64,000 nt of DNA from a virus (IMGVR_UViG_3300046092_000036:1224-65223); one strand, 5' to 3'; shown: positions 39,501-49,293, counted from the first letter of the stretch. Program-made: numbers and translations. The notes: generated from the sequence alone by a model not told the origin.

Positions 39501-40106
39501 TTAGCTTGTAGCGGTTGTTGAGTATGTAACGCTTACTGTATCGCCAGCTGTCGTAGTCTTAGCCGTTGCAAATGCTCCAGCGCTATATAAAGTTCCGCCT
39601 GTGTTGCTTATGGTTGAACTTGCACCAGACCCTGTAACTAAGAAACAACCTGTCACGTTACCACCAGCACCAGTAATAGTATAGGTAATAGCTGTAGCAG
39701 CAGAAGTTGTTACGTTAGATGGTGTAGTACCACTTGAAGTAGCAGAAGCAAACACAGCAGTGCCACGAACAGCGGAACCACCAACTGTGTAGTTAGCAAA
39801 CTCAGTCCAACCAGCGTGTGAAGTCATAGTATCGGATGCTACAAATACTGGACTAGTAGTACCAATCAAACCTAAGAACGGACCAACAACAGTATAAGCA
39901 GAGCCTTTTAACAGGGTATCTAGCATCAACTGTTTACCAACCGCATTAACTAGGTTAGGGAACTCTTCATTCCACTTTAAATTGCCAGCAGCATCACGGC
40001 ACTCTACATGGTAGTAGCCTTCAATACCAACAGTTTCTGTACCTGCTACGTTAGCTTGTAAGCTAATTTCTGCTTTATCGCCGCAGCTCGCTAATTCTTT
40101 TTGCAT
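39501..40106 (-). CDS. structural protein
   Basis: 201 aa, beta-rich; AAGGAG RBS. Confidence 0.7.
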   Translation of the reverse strand: MQKELASCGDKAEISLQANVAGTETVGIEGYYHVECRDAAGNLKWNEEFPNLVNAVGKQLMLDTLLKGSAYTVVGPFLGLIGTTSPVFVASDTMTSHAGWTEFANYTVGGSAVRGTAVFASATSSGTTPSNVTTSAATAITYTITGAGGNVTGCFLVTGSGASSTISNTGGTLYSAGAFATAKTTTAGDTVSVTYSTTATS

Positions 40107-40115
40107 AAAAACTCC

Positions 40116-40538
40116 TTAATTTGTAAATCGAATAATAGCGTCAGACGAATTATTCGCAGGGAAAGTTATAGTAAACGTATTTGAAGCCGTTTTATTCGAC
40201 CCAAAATTTAATACCGCAACAGCTGCTCCAGTAGTGCTATTGTAAATTAAAGCCCCTGCTGTAGTAAAGGAAGCTGGATCCCAAGTTACATTTGCAAAAG
40301 ATACATAAGCTACATTATTGCTAGTAGTTGGGGGTATAACAGTTAAGACTTTGCCCGTGGCTGTATAGCCAGTACCTGTAATTTCGCCATCACTAGTGTA
40401 TGCCAAAGTATCAGGACTTATATTGGCTGCAGCTGTATATAAAGCAATCTTATATGTGTAAGGGGTGCCAACAGCAAAGTTCTCTAAAGCACTTAAACAG
40501 TTCTTTTGAAAAATTGTGCATTGCCCTTGCGCAATCAT
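40116..40538 (-). CDS. structural protein
   Basis: KIALYT, GTGYTATG, GALIYN, VLNFGS. Confidence 0.7.
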   Translation of the reverse strand: MIAQGQCTIFQKNCLSALENFAVGTPYTYKIALYTAAANISPDTLAYTSDGEITGTGYTATGKVLTVIPPTTSNNVAYVSFANVTWDPASFTTAGALIYNSTTGAAVAVLNFGSNKTASNTFTITFPANNSSDAIIRFTN

Positions 40539-41464
40539 GGATTAACCTTAATTTTAGCCTGACCATCACGATAAGCGTCACCACGCTCAAGACCTGTTCC
40601 AAGACGGTTAAGCTGCATAAGAGCGTCGGTATACTTGTCTTCGTAGTATTTAATAAGGTCTTGCTCGCCCTTCATAAAGAGCATTGCTTCCCGCATTGCA
40701 CCATAAAGTAAGACTGGGTCGTAGTTATCACCTAGCCAGCTTGTGCCTGCGGTGTTATTAACAGCGCTTACGGGTATAGAAAAACTAGAACCAGAACCGC
40801 CAATGTAAGTGTTAGAACATGATAATACATCCCCAACAACGTAGAAATTACCGTTGTTTTTAATGGTTACGGAAGTTACCGTTTGTCCAGAAACTGTTAT
40901 GTTTGCAGTAGCTCCAGAACCAGAACCCCCTGTTAAAGGCACATTGCTGTAGTTTCCGTTGGTATACAAAGAACCACCAGTAGGAACACCAACACCAGAA
41001 ATAGCCCCTTGAACAATAGATACTGGGTAATAGAAATAATGTAACTCTACAGAATACCCAGTATTAGGGGTTGGTCCTACAATAAAAGACAACTCATTGG
41101 CGTTGGTATATTGTGAACCAAATAGTGCGTAATATTTAGGCAATCCAGTATCCGCTGGGGTTGGGTATGCCTCACGGATATAGTTCACATCTTTATTAAG
41201 CAAATAAGTATAAGTCTCTGTTGCTGTGCCGTAATTCTCAATAACCGCCATAGAAAACGTAGATAAATAGTCGTCGGGGCACGACAAATACTTACTGCTA
41301 GCCGTAAGCGTACCCGTCACGTTTTTACGTAACGATGGAATCTGGACTGAGTTGTATATACGTTCTTCGGCTTCTTGAACAAAAGTCGGTATGTTAGATA
41401 CAAACAACGACTCTGTATTTTCAGAGTAGTCCTGAATCGCTTGGTAGAGTTGAACGTAATTCAT
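40535..41464 (-). CDS. head-tail adaptor-like protein with inserted beta domain
   Basis: FVQEAEERIY, GPTP..Y.VELHY, LLYGA. Confidence 0.6.
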   Translation of the reverse strand: MNYVQLYQAIQDYSENTESLFVSNIPTFVQEAEERIYNSVQIPSLRKNVTGTLTASSKYLSCPDDYLSTFSMAVIENYGTATETYTYLLNKDVNYIREAYPTPADTGLPKYYALFGSQYTNANELSFIVGPTPNTGYSVELHYFYYPVSIVQGAISGVGVPTGGSLYTNGNYSNVPLTGGSGSGATANITVSGQTVTSVTIKNNGNFYVVGDVLSCSNTYIGGSGSSFSIPVSAVNNTAGTSWLGDNYDPVLLYGAMREAMLFMKGEQDLIKYYEDKYTDALMQLNRLGTGLERGDAYRDGQAKIKVNP

Positions 41465-41478
41465 TCGGGTTTACCCTA

Positions 41479-41742
41479 TTAGGCCATTGGCCCACGAGAC
41501 GTATAGCCTTTAGTAGCAGCACCATGACCACGTTGTTTCATCTCACCGTTTTTATTAATTGGTGATTTGTTGTTCTTGGTATATCCACCTACAGACATAT
41601 TTATTTGGTCTACACCATTGCCTGGCTTAACAACAGAGTCTTTAGCTGTAGTCATAGTCTTGCCGTCCATAGTGTGTGGCTTAGCATAGACGCTGGCTGG
41701 GCCAACTTCTTTACCGTTCTTTTTCATAGAAAATTTAGCCAT
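41479..41742 (-). CDS. small basic virion-associated protein
   Basis: RGHGAATKG..SRGPMA. Confidence 0.65.
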   Translation of the reverse strand: MAKFSMKKNGKEVGPASVYAKPHTMDGKTMTTAKDSVVKPGNGVDQINMSVGGYTKNNKSPINKNGEMKQRGHGAATKGYTSRGPMA

Positions 41743-41744
41743 GA

Positions 41745-41927
41745 TTAACTACCTCTTTGGTTGTTTGCACGAGCCATATTGCGTCCAACTTTCTTCATTT
41801 CTAAAGAAGTTACGCCAGCAGACTTATTGCCGCCCTTTTGAGCAGCTACTTTTGGACCTGAATTACCAAGGTTTTTACCCTCAGTTTTACCTTTTTTTGT
41901 AACTCCATCTGCGCCTGATTTGTACAT
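41745..41927 (-). CDS. small basic protein
   Basis: ADGVTKKGKT, GRNMAR. Confidence 0.6.
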   Translation of the reverse strand: MYKSGADGVTKKGKTEGKNLGNSGPKVAAQKGGNKSAGVTSLEMKKVGRNMARANNQRGS

Positions 41928-41936
41928 ATATTGCTC

Positions 41937-42362
41937 CTAAGTTGTTGTTACTGTAACTGTACCTACTTGTCCCACCGCAATCAAGTAGTTTGGTGTTAAA
42001 ACGCTATCAAAACTACTAGCACCGCCAACGGGGTTCCAACCCCATTGAAACACCCTACTACCTAACTCTGCGTAACCAAAACCATCTGGGCCTTCTCCTG
42101 AAAGATTAATCTGTAAACCACTTTGCCCAGACACTAAATAACTTACATCTGGTCTTGGGTCACGCACTGCCTGTGGATCGTTTACAGGGTACATACCCAA
42201 CTGCAGCTGTGGCTGATCTGGTTCCCAGCACTCTTTACATACTTTAATACTGACCTGCTTCGTCTTAATAGTCAGCTTCCTAAGCTCTTTTAACTTATAC
42301 CTTTGACCACAACGATCACACTCCGCAATCGCATATTTACCAGAAGCAAACTGACTAGTCAT
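41937..42362 (-). CDS. Zn-finger protein
   Basis: CDRCG...VCKECW, DPQAVRDPRPD. Confidence 0.75.
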   Translation of the reverse strand: MTSQFASGKYAIAECDRCGQRYKLKELRKLTIKTKQVSIKVCKECWEPDQPQLQLGMYPVNDPQAVRDPRPDVSYLVSGQSGLQINLSGEGPDGFGYAELGSRVFQWGWNPVGGASSFDSVLTPNYLIAVGQVGTVTVTTT

Positions 42363-43291
42363 TATGAATAAAACAAGTTACGAGGCACAAAACGAATAGC
42401 GGCTTTCTCCCTATCTTCCTCCGCTGCTAGTTGAAACTGTTGTTCATATTCTGCTTTAAGCATTGGCATACGTCCAGGATCTACACCAGGAAGTTTTACA
42501 CTAAGGTGATACGCTAAACCAGCAACCATGCACGGTATAAAACGGAAAGGAATGTCTTGTGTACGTACACCTGTACCGCTATCTTGGATACGGCGCATAC
42601 GGTAATACACTAAAGTGTACTGGCTTCCAGGTGGGTTTGGGGTAGGCCAAACGTTAATAGAAGGTAGGTTGTTATTAAATACGCTAGCAGCTGTTGAGTG
42701 CGCCGCTGCTGTAGTGCCATTTTGCCCACGCCATGCGTTAAGTATCTGATTACCAACAATATTCTGATACGCAATTGTCTCGTTATCAATGTTAATAAAA
42801 CCTTGAGTAGGTAGATTAGCCGCATTTGCCAAAGTAATCGTGCTATCTGTAGAGCTAATACCACCATTTAATGTAGTCTGCGCTATGCTTGGTACTTCAC
42901 CACTTTGACGGTTAATCCACATCTGTACAGGACGTCCATTAGCGTTTTTATTGGGGATTGCCATATACACAGGCTCACTAATACGACTTAAATTAATATC
43001 AGTTTGATTAGACTGGCTACCGTTATTAGTACGAGTACTTGCATCTAAAATGTCAATTGTATTTACGGGCAGTGCATACAAAGCCTGATTGGTATTCATC
43101 ACAATCTGACCTTGCTCGACTGTCCATAGGTTAATACCTCGATTTGCCCACTCAATAGTCAGTAAATTTAAACTACGACGCGCAGTGCGAAAGTCATAAC
43201 CAGAACGAACTTCTAATCCACAACGCTCAAAAGCCTCTTCAATGAGGTCATTTATGTCTAGATTAAAAGCAGTAGTCCCTGTGGTGCTCAT
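42362..43291 (-). CDS. tail adaptor/tubular-like protein
   Basis: IEEAFERCG, ARRSLNLL..EWANRG, PFRF.PC.VAGLAY. Confidence 0.7.
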   Translation of the reverse strand: MSTTGTTAFNLDINDLIEEAFERCGLEVRSGYDFRTARRSLNLLTIEWANRGINLWTVEQGQIVMNTNQALYALPVNTIDILDASTRTNNGSQSNQTDINLSRISEPVYMAIPNKNANGRPVQMWINRQSGEVPSIAQTTLNGGISSTDSTITLANAANLPTQGFINIDNETIAYQNIVGNQILNAWRGQNGTTAAAHSTAASVFNNNLPSINVWPTPNPPGSQYTLVYYRMRRIQDSGTGVRTQDIPFRFIPCMVAGLAYHLSVKLPGVDPGRMPMLKAEYEQQFQLAAEEDREKAAIRFVPRNLFYS

Positions 43292-43533
43292 ATTTTCCTA
43301 AATGGTTTTACTTTTGCTTTTACTTTTGCTGGCTGAGGCACGAACTGTTTTCCCGCTGCTTTCCCCGCTCGTTTTGCTTTTGTTGTTGCTGCGTACTCCT
43401 GTGGGCTTAGCGACTCGATTGCTTTTTTTGGCAGGTATCGCTCGCCCGTTTCGGACGACTTCTTCCCTGACTTCGTTGTCCACTTCTGGTCGCCCCACGC
43501 TTTGAGGCTCCGTTGGGATTTTGCTAACGCCAT
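43288..43533 (-). CDS. small basic protein
   Basis: W.TKSGK.S..TGERYLP. Confidence 0.7.
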   Translation of the reverse strand: MALAKSQRSLKAWGDQKWTTKSGKKSSETGERYLPKKAIESLSPQEYAATTKAKRAGKAAGKQFVPQPAKVKAKVKPFRKI

Positions 43534-43553
43534 TGAGTAATCTCCAAAACCAT

Positions 43554-43844
43554 TTAATCACGATAGCCGCCACCAGCAGCTTTATAACGTTTAGCCATTA
43601 CTTGTGCTTTACGGGCTGACCATTGACCTGCACCAGTGCCTACAATTGCAGCGGCTTTAACACTGTTAAAAATTCGTTTACGTAAACCAGGCTTGGTATA
43701 GTTACCTGCTTCATTTACTTTTGACTTAGTTGCGCCGCCTTCAGCGTACATATCCACATCTTCTGGATTGTCTTTGCGCTTGATAGTTTTCTTTCCAGGC
43801 ATTTTAGAAGGGTTTATATTGCCCATACCACGACTTGGTCTCAT
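43554..43844 (-). CDS. small basic protein
   Basis: NYTKPGLRK, GQWSARKAQ, YKAAGGGY. Confidence 0.7.
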   Translation of the reverse strand: MRPSRGMGNINPSKMPGKKTIKRKDNPEDVDMYAEGGATKSKVNEAGNYTKPGLRKRIFNSVKAAAIVGTGAGQWSARKAQVMAKRYKAAGGGYRD

Positions 43845-44233
43845 GCTCTTGTCTTTCCTCTGATAGCAATACCATCTGCACGTTTAGAAGCACTGGATAC
43901 TGCTCCGCCCTTTTTCATATTTTTAGTAATGTCACGGTTTATCTTTGGCACACCGCCACCGCCACCAGCACCAGCACCAGATGTTGGACCTGTTCTTGGT
44001 CCTGTATCTGAATAAGCCTTGCCAGTATATTTAGGCTCAGCTCTAGTTGCTTCAGCCATTTTGCTTATTTCAGCTTTAGCCCTATCAGATTTAGCTTTTT
44101 CAAGATCCTGTCTAAACCTTTCAGTTTTTTCAGGGTTAGCATCTTTATCATTAGCCGTAGAACGAGCTTTAGCAGAAGGCTCTTTTCCTTCGCCACCAAT
44201 CTTTTTAGAAGGGTCTACAGGCTCAATTAGCAT
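43841..44233 (-). CDS. small basic protein
   Basis: MKKGG..SSASKRADGIA.RGKT. Confidence 0.7.
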   Translation of the reverse strand: MLIEPVDPSKKIGGEGKEPSAKARSTANDKDANPEKTERFRQDLEKAKSDRAKAEISKMAEATRAEPKYTGKAYSDTGPRTGPTSGAGAGGGGGVPKINRDITKNMKKGGAVSSASKRADGIAIRGKTRA

Positions 44234-44236
44234 TCT

Positions 44237-44527
44237 TTAACAAGCTCCACCAGATCTCATAGAAACCATTGTGCCTTTAGTTTTACCCTTAGTAGCACAA
44301 CCGTCTGCACGAGCGGATGCAGATCCACCACCAGCCATTTTGTGCATTGATTTCTCGTGCGCTTTAACAGCAGCACCAGCAACCTTTTTCATCATTGGCA
44401 TATCTTTTTTAATATCTTCGTGTTTCATAATTCCACCTTTTTTAGCGTAGCCCATCTTGTTACGAACTTCTGTAGGTAACTTGCCTAGGCCTGGATTTTC
44501 TTCGGAGTCAACGGGTTTAAGTGCCAT
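44237..44527 (-). CDS. small basic protein
   Basis: LPTEVRNKMGY, SARADGCATKGKT. Confidence 0.7.
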   Translation of the reverse strand: MALKPVDSEENPGLGKLPTEVRNKMGYAKKGGIMKHEDIKKDMPMMKKVAGAAVKAHEKSMHKMAGGGSASARADGCATKGKTKGTMVSMRSGGAC

Positions 44528-44528
44528 G

Positions 44529-44825
44529 TTAGCAAGCCTTTCCGCCCATAGTCATTTTCTTCATAGTCTTTTTAGCCGTGCCGCCTTTTTTCATAGGCAT
44601 AGCAGCTTTAGCTGGCTTTTTACCAGCAGCTTCTTTTTTCTTTGCAATCATTTCCATAAATGGATTTGTCTTTTTCATGGTTCCACCTTCTTTAAAAGTT
44701 TTGCCTTTATCGGCAGTTAAAAATTCCTTCCCTACTGAGGAAGACACACCTGCTTTTTTGGCAAACTTAGGATTACTAGCCACAGCTGCCATGAAATTGT
44801 GTTGCTTTTTAGACGTGCTTGGCAT
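44529..44825 (-). CDS. small basic protein
   Basis: MPSTSKKQHNFMAAVA.NP.FAKK. Confidence 0.7.
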   Translation of the reverse strand: MPSTSKKQHNFMAAVASNPKFAKKAGVSSSVGKEFLTADKGKTFKEGGTMKKTNPFMEMIAKKKEAAGKKPAKAAMPMKKGGTAKKTMKKMTMGGKAC

Positions 44826-44828
44826 TAT

Positions 44829-45071
44829 TTACTTACGAATAAGCTCATCAATTTTGTTTTCAAGTTTGTTAAACCTTGCGTCCATATGTTCAACAATGCG
44901 GTCCACTTCTGCTTTAGTAACGTTATCACGGGCAACCTCTTCTCTTGTTTTGTTTAACAAAATATCGACGCGCTTTAAATCGTTAAACTTTTCGTGCATC
45001 ATATATCCAATGAGGGCTACAAATATAGTTAGCCCGCCAGTCCAAAGTTCCATCATATTTAACATTTCCAC
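44829..45071 (-). CDS. TM + coiled-coil small protein
   Basis: N-terminal TM, ILLNKTREE, RFNKLENKID. Confidence 0.65.
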   Translation of the reverse strand: MEMLNMMELWTGGLTIFVALIGYMMHEKFNDLKRVDILLNKTREEVARDNVTKAEVDRIVEHMDARFNKLENKIDELIRK

Positions 45072-45316
45072 CTCGCAAGAGAGGCAGCCTTTCTGGTTGG
45101 TCTGCCTTTTTCATCTTTCATTGGGCCTGGCATACCAGACATACGTGCGCAAAATGACTTTTTACGAGCGCCACCTTCGGGCTGTGGAGCTTTTAGATTC
45201 GAGCCAGTAGCCGCATTATACTTAGCACGACCTTTGGCGGTAAGCCCAGCACCCTTAGATACAGGCAACTTTTCACCACGACCAACCGCAAGAGAGGGAC
45301 CTTTTTTCTTAGCCAT
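45059..45316 (-). CDS. small basic protein
   Basis: GLTAKGR, RKKSFCARM, SLARWKC. Confidence 0.7.
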   Translation of the reverse strand: MAKKKGPSLAVGRGEKLPVSKGAGLTAKGRAKYNAATGSNLKAPQPEGGARKKSFCARMSGMPGPMKDEKGRPTRKAASLARWKC

Positions 45317-45593
45317 AGTAAACAGTTAAGTGCGTATTAGCTGGCATTGAAACATAAACGCCATTATCAAACCGAATACCTTCTCCTGGAATTGCTAAGG
45401 AGTCAAGAGCTTGGTTTGTTGAGACGTTTAGTATTAAACGAATTGTGCCACTAGCTGCGCTTGCATTATCATAAAAATTTACTTCGCCAGCCGTACCGCC
45501 AGGAGATATAGAAAACCCTTTTACACGGACTGGACCAGCAGAAATAACGCCACTTGCATCTAGGTGCGCGGCTTTTACGTCAGTTTGCATCAT
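45309..45593 (-). CDS. small structural protein
   Basis: IPGEGIRF..GVY, TVYYG. Confidence 0.7.
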   Translation of the reverse strand: MMQTDVKAAHLDASGVISAGPVRVKGFSISPGGTAGEVNFYDNASAASGTIRLILNVSTNQALDSLAIPGEGIRFDNGVYVSMPANTHLTVYYG

Positions 45594-45645
45594 AATTAAT
45601 CTCCTAAGATGTTGAGTAGACTAGGGTTTTCCTTAGTCCGCCAGA

Positions 45646-46110
45646 TTAATTATTAAATGTTGTTTGGAACTGACCGCCATCAGAGTTACGTACAGCATAG
45701 GTAACAATGATTGTTGCTGCACCAGTAGTCAACGATGTACCAGCCAATGTATAAGCAATAAATACATCAGTAGTGCCAACGTTTACCCAGCCGCCAGGAG
45801 TAGTTGCATTAGCCCCCAAAGCCACGGAGCCAACACTGGTAACAGTGCCAGTTGTAGTAAAAGCCGTGCCACCAATATTCAGTACGCAAGTAGTAGCAGC
45901 GCTAAATACGGTTGTAGTAACAACTTTAATGTCAACGATCTGTGAGCCAGCTGGAACGGCAATTAAGTTGCCTGTCAGAGTACCAAATACCACAGGGGCG
46001 GACTGGGAAACAACCGTGCAGCCCGTGTTACGGACGGTAGCGGCAGTAGTACCAGTAGTGTTTTTAGTTGTGCCTAATAGCCAAGGGCCTAGGTGAGTAG
46101 CGAATCCCAT
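45646..46110 (-). CDS. putative capsid decoration protein
   Basis: TH.GP, VPAGSQIVDI; downstream of the capsid gene with its own promoter. Confidence 0.55.
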   Translation of the reverse strand: MGFATHLGPWLLGTTKNTTGTTAATVRNTGCTVVSQSAPVVFGTLTGNLIAVPAGSQIVDIKVVTTTVFSAATTCVLNIGGTAFTTTGTVTSVGSVALGANATTPGGWVNVGTTDVFIAYTLAGTSLTTGAATIIVTYAVRNSDGGQFQTTFNN

Positions 46111-46111
46111 A

Positions 46112-46192
46112 ATATTCTCCTATATACAAGTTAAACCTATTAATCGGTATATCGTCTGCTGGGGCAGTTTAATAGGCTGGTATCACCCAGAT
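46112..46192 (-). ncRNA. structured 5' leader with pseudoknot next to the SD
   Basis: CCTATTAA/TTAATAGG, CTGC/GCAG, ATATAC/GTATAT pairings. Confidence 0.45.
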
Positions 46193-46198
46193 GCCTTG

Positions 46199-46226
46199 AG
46201 TTTACTACTTTTTTAAGTTTGTGCAA
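46199..46226 (-). promoter_or_regulatory. sigma70-type promoter, 16-bp spacer
   Basis: TTGCAC-N16-TAAACT. Confidence 0.65.
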
Positions 46227-46239
46227 GGGGTTTTAAAAA

Positions 46240-46267
46240 TAAAAAACCCCGCTTTTTGGGCGGGGTC
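46240..46267 (-). terminator. intrinsic terminator after major capsid gene
   Basis: ACCCCGC-CCAAAAA-GCGGGGT-TTTTT. Confidence 0.85.
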
Positions 46268-46287
46268 TAGTACGACTTTGGTACTGA

Positions 46288-47196
46288 TTAAGCACCTGGT
46301 GAAGCGAACATTCCAAGCGGATCCGAGAATCCAAAAGAATAACGCTCACGAGACTTGTAGCGTACGTTGCCTGTATCAAAGTCACCATCCATGGAATTAG
46401 ATAGTGGTGTACGGACAAAGTGCTTCATGCCGTTTGGTACATCAGTGCATAAGAACCAAGCATTGGTGTCGGTCAAGTAGTTATTAACTGTATAACCTTC
46501 TGGGATCGAACCATTGTTTTTCAATGCGTTGATGTCGTTGTCAGTTGTACCAACACGCAATTCAGTCTCTAACAAACGAGTTGCAACGAACTGTAGTGCA
46601 GGTGGAACAATTAACTTCTTAGGCTTAGCAGCGATAAGCAAACTACGCTCGTCTGTCCAAGCAGCGATCTGAATAACTGCGGCTTCCAAAGAAGTCTCAT
46701 TCAAGTCAGCTGGGGTTGTAGGACGATTGCTGTTTGTGCCACCAGATACTAATGGGTGCGCTGTAGAAAACAGAGCAACACCGTCACCACCTGGGAAGGC
46801 TGCATTAAAGCCGTTGTTTAATACAGAAGCAGCACGAACTTGCTTGGTATACGCCATGGAACGAGCTAACGCCTTGGTATAACGAGCTGATAGGCTGTCA
46901 TACAAGTTGTCCTCAATAGCTTCTTCTGTTAAAGAAAAGCCTTGAGCAATCGTTACGTGTGTATAGCGAGCAGTAAATGCCTCTTGTGCATTGTCATACT
47001 GGATTGGTGCGCCTTCGTTTTTAACGGCAGCGGCACTAAAGCCTGACAACTTAGTTTCTTCTTCAAACGAACGCTCAGAGGTCTCTGTTTCGTAGATCTC
47101 TGCGTGTTGTTCACCATATTGAGCGTACTCAAGTCCAAACAATGCGTTTAGTCCTGGGAGCAACTCTTTCAGTAGTTGTGCGCGTGAAATAGCCAT
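46288..47196 (-). CDS. major capsid protein
   Basis: MAISRAQLLKELLPGLNALFG, EEAIEDNLY, PKKLIVPP, RYKSRERYSFG.SD. Confidence 0.92.
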   Translation of the reverse strand: MAISRAQLLKELLPGLNALFGLEYAQYGEQHAEIYETETSERSFEEETKLSGFSAAAVKNEGAPIQYDNAQEAFTARYTHVTIAQGFSLTEEAIEDNLYDSLSARYTKALARSMAYTKQVRAASVLNNGFNAAFPGGDGVALFSTAHPLVSGGTNSNRPTTPADLNETSLEAAVIQIAAWTDERSLLIAAKPKKLIVPPALQFVATRLLETELRVGTTDNDINALKNNGSIPEGYTVNNYLTDTNAWFLCTDVPNGMKHFVRTPLSNSMDGDFDTGNVRYKSRERYSFGFSDPLGMFASPGA

Positions 47197-47206
47197 TTAT
47201 AGCTCC

Positions 47207-47830
47207 TTAAGCAGCGTAATTCAACGCGGAAGTCACGTTGTATTGGTGGTTGTTAAACTTTACTAATACTTCAGTAAAGGCCGTTGCGTTAGTGGCTGTA
47301 TCAGGAATTACTGCAATAACACGTACTGGAAGAGCTGCTGCGTTACCTTGTGCATCTGTTACAACAACAGAAACACCAGAGTTACCAGTTGTATTAGAGC
47401 CTGTGCCCTGAACGATTGCCATGTTTGTGCCAACAACGCTCTGGTTTACAGTCGACATAGCACTGTTTGACAAAGTTACTGCGACACGGAAGGCTGCCAA
47501 AGGATCATCAACTACATAAGCAACAGCGCTAGTAGCAGCGGCATTACCTGGATAGTATTGAGCCTGGACGGTTTGACCAGATGAATTTACATACTGAACA
47601 CCCATAAACACACCAACGGTGTTATTTGCGGCTGCTGTAGTAGCGTCACTAGTTACGGTTGATTTTTGAATCGTGCCACCTGCAGCTATACGGACGATGT
47701 CACCGTCATAAATAGGCGTGTTATATGTGGAAGCAATTGGAACTTGACGAATTGCACCAGCATATGGCAAGCCATCTACACGGTTTAAAGCCTGTAAGCC
47801 ATAGGGAGCGTCAACGGTTGGATAAGCCAT
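47207..47830 (-). CDS. capsid-associated (cement-like) protein
   Basis: APYGL, IYDGD.V, GVFMG, VVDDP; immediately upstream of the capsid gene. Confidence 0.65.
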   Translation of the reverse strand: MAYPTVDAPYGLQALNRVDGLPYAGAIRQVPIASTYNTPIYDGDIVRIAAGGTIQKSTVTSDATTAAANNTVGVFMGVQYVNSSGQTVQAQYYPGNAAATSAVAYVVDDPLAAFRVAVTLSNSAMSTVNQSVVGTNMAIVQGTGSNTTGNSGVSVVVTDAQGNAAALPVRVIAVIPDTATNATAFTEVLVKFNNHQYNVTSALNYAA

Positions 47831-47853
47831 TTAAATCTCCTAATAAATTAAAA

Positions 47854-48303
47854 TTAACTACCTTTACCAAAGGTCGTTGTAGACTTTCTCTCGTTAAAGA
47901 TAGGCATACGCGGATCACTTTGGCGCATTAAAGTATTGTCTACCGCCACCATTTGAGCATCTGCTTGGTCAGAGTAATGTTTATTACGCTGGCTAACAAA
48001 TTCATCTGGAGTCTTGCATAACAATAACCCGCCTATCTCAATGTTGTCTTTATAACGACTTTGAGGGTCGACTAGCAGTTGAAACTTTGGTTGTTCCTCA
48101 ACACGAACTGGTTCCCAACCTTCTCTCAGTTTTGCTGAAAGATTGCGGGGATCCGCACTATTTAGTGTCGAAACACGAATCCATCTATAAGCGAAACCTG
48201 GTTCCTTATCGGGTTCAGGTAACGTCTCTGGCTGTTGCCACTGCGTAGGACGAACAGTCATTTCACGGGTATCTAATTCGCGAGCAAGTTTATTTGTAGC
48301 CAT
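47854..48303 (-). CDS. conserved head-module protein
   Basis: YRWIR, KLREGWEPV, IGGLLLCK. Confidence 0.75.
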   Translation of the reverse strand: MATNKLARELDTREMTVRPTQWQQPETLPEPDKEPGFAYRWIRVSTLNSADPRNLSAKLREGWEPVRVEEQPKFQLLVDPQSRYKDNIEIGGLLLCKTPDEFVSQRNKHYSDQADAQMVAVDNTLMRQSDPRMPIFNERKSTTTFGKGS

Positions 48304-48306
48304 TTC

Positions 48307-49293
48307 TTAAGCCTCCAGTTTTTGCATTTCACGAGCATACTGCTCAGGTGTCAAACCAAGTTTTTTGGCTAACGCCACCTGGCTTGCTTTCAGCACAATT
48401 CTTTTCGACGCTGTGCTTCGCGTTGCTGGTGCAACAACTGATGATGCTCTAGCTTCGTTGCGCGAGCTGGGCTTGTCGCCCCCAGACTGCGTTTCTACTT
48501 CTACTTCGCCCGAGAAGTTCTCGGGAAACCGTTTGCGCATTGTTTTATCAATGTGTTTAAAATACTCTTCGGAACCAATATAACTCTTTCCAAATTCTTT
48601 TTCAAGCTTTGCATGTGTACCCAAAGCCAAAGCGGTCATTTCTTCGTCTGGTCCGTACCAAGTATTTTTGTCAAGCCACTTGGAAGTTAACGGATCAATC
48701 TTAGGTGCCGCTTGAGTTTGAGTCGTTTGTGGTATTTGTACATCAAAATCTTCTTCTTGTAAAGTAGGTCTAAAGTTTTTAGCTTTATCCTGCTTTAAGC
48801 TAGCTTCAGTTAGCTTGGCTTGTGCTTCTACCATTCTATCGGTATCGCCAGAGTCAACCGCATCACGATAAGTCCGTTTTGCTATTTCTAACTCAAAATC
48901 GGCAGCGTTTTGGGCGGTGGTAATGTATTCTTTTTCACCCGCAGAGTACCGTTCTTTAAGCTTTTTATTGTCTTCAGCGATCTTTTTAGCAAAGTTAACT
49001 GCTTCTTCTTGCTCACGCTGGGCGCGTTCTTTTTCACGTCTTTCGTCGTGCCAAGCCTTTTTCATTTGCTCAAGACGCATTTTTACCTTATTGGAATAGT
49101 CCATAAGGTTGTCGTTCTCAAGCTCTTCTTTTACCTCAACAGGTAAAGGCTTAGTCTTTTGGTCATCTTTAGGGGTGTCGTCTTGGATTTCTAATTCAAA
49201 TCCGCCATCCTCCTGTGCTCCTACGGGTTTACCCTTAGTTTCCTCTTCAATTTCATCGGGAAATTTAAATTCGTCTTGGTCTAATGTAGCCAT
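48307..49293 (-). CDS. scaffolding protein
   Basis: Acidic coiled coil, C-terminal SQVALAKKLGLTPEQYA. Confidence 0.75.
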   Translation of the reverse strand: MATLDQDEFKFPDEIEEETKGKPVGAQEDGGFELEIQDDTPKDDQKTKPLPVEVKEELENDNLMDYSNKVKMRLEQMKKAWHDERREKERAQREQEEAVNFAKKIAEDNKKLKERYSAGEKEYITTAQNAADFELEIAKRTYRDAVDSGDTDRMVEAQAKLTEASLKQDKAKNFRPTLQEEDFDVQIPQTTQTQAAPKIDPLTSKWLDKNTWYGPDEEMTALALGTHAKLEKEFGKSYIGSEEYFKHIDKTMRKRFPENFSGEVEVETQSGGDKPSSRNEARASSVVAPATRSTASKRIVLKASQVALAKKLGLTPEQYAREMQKLEA

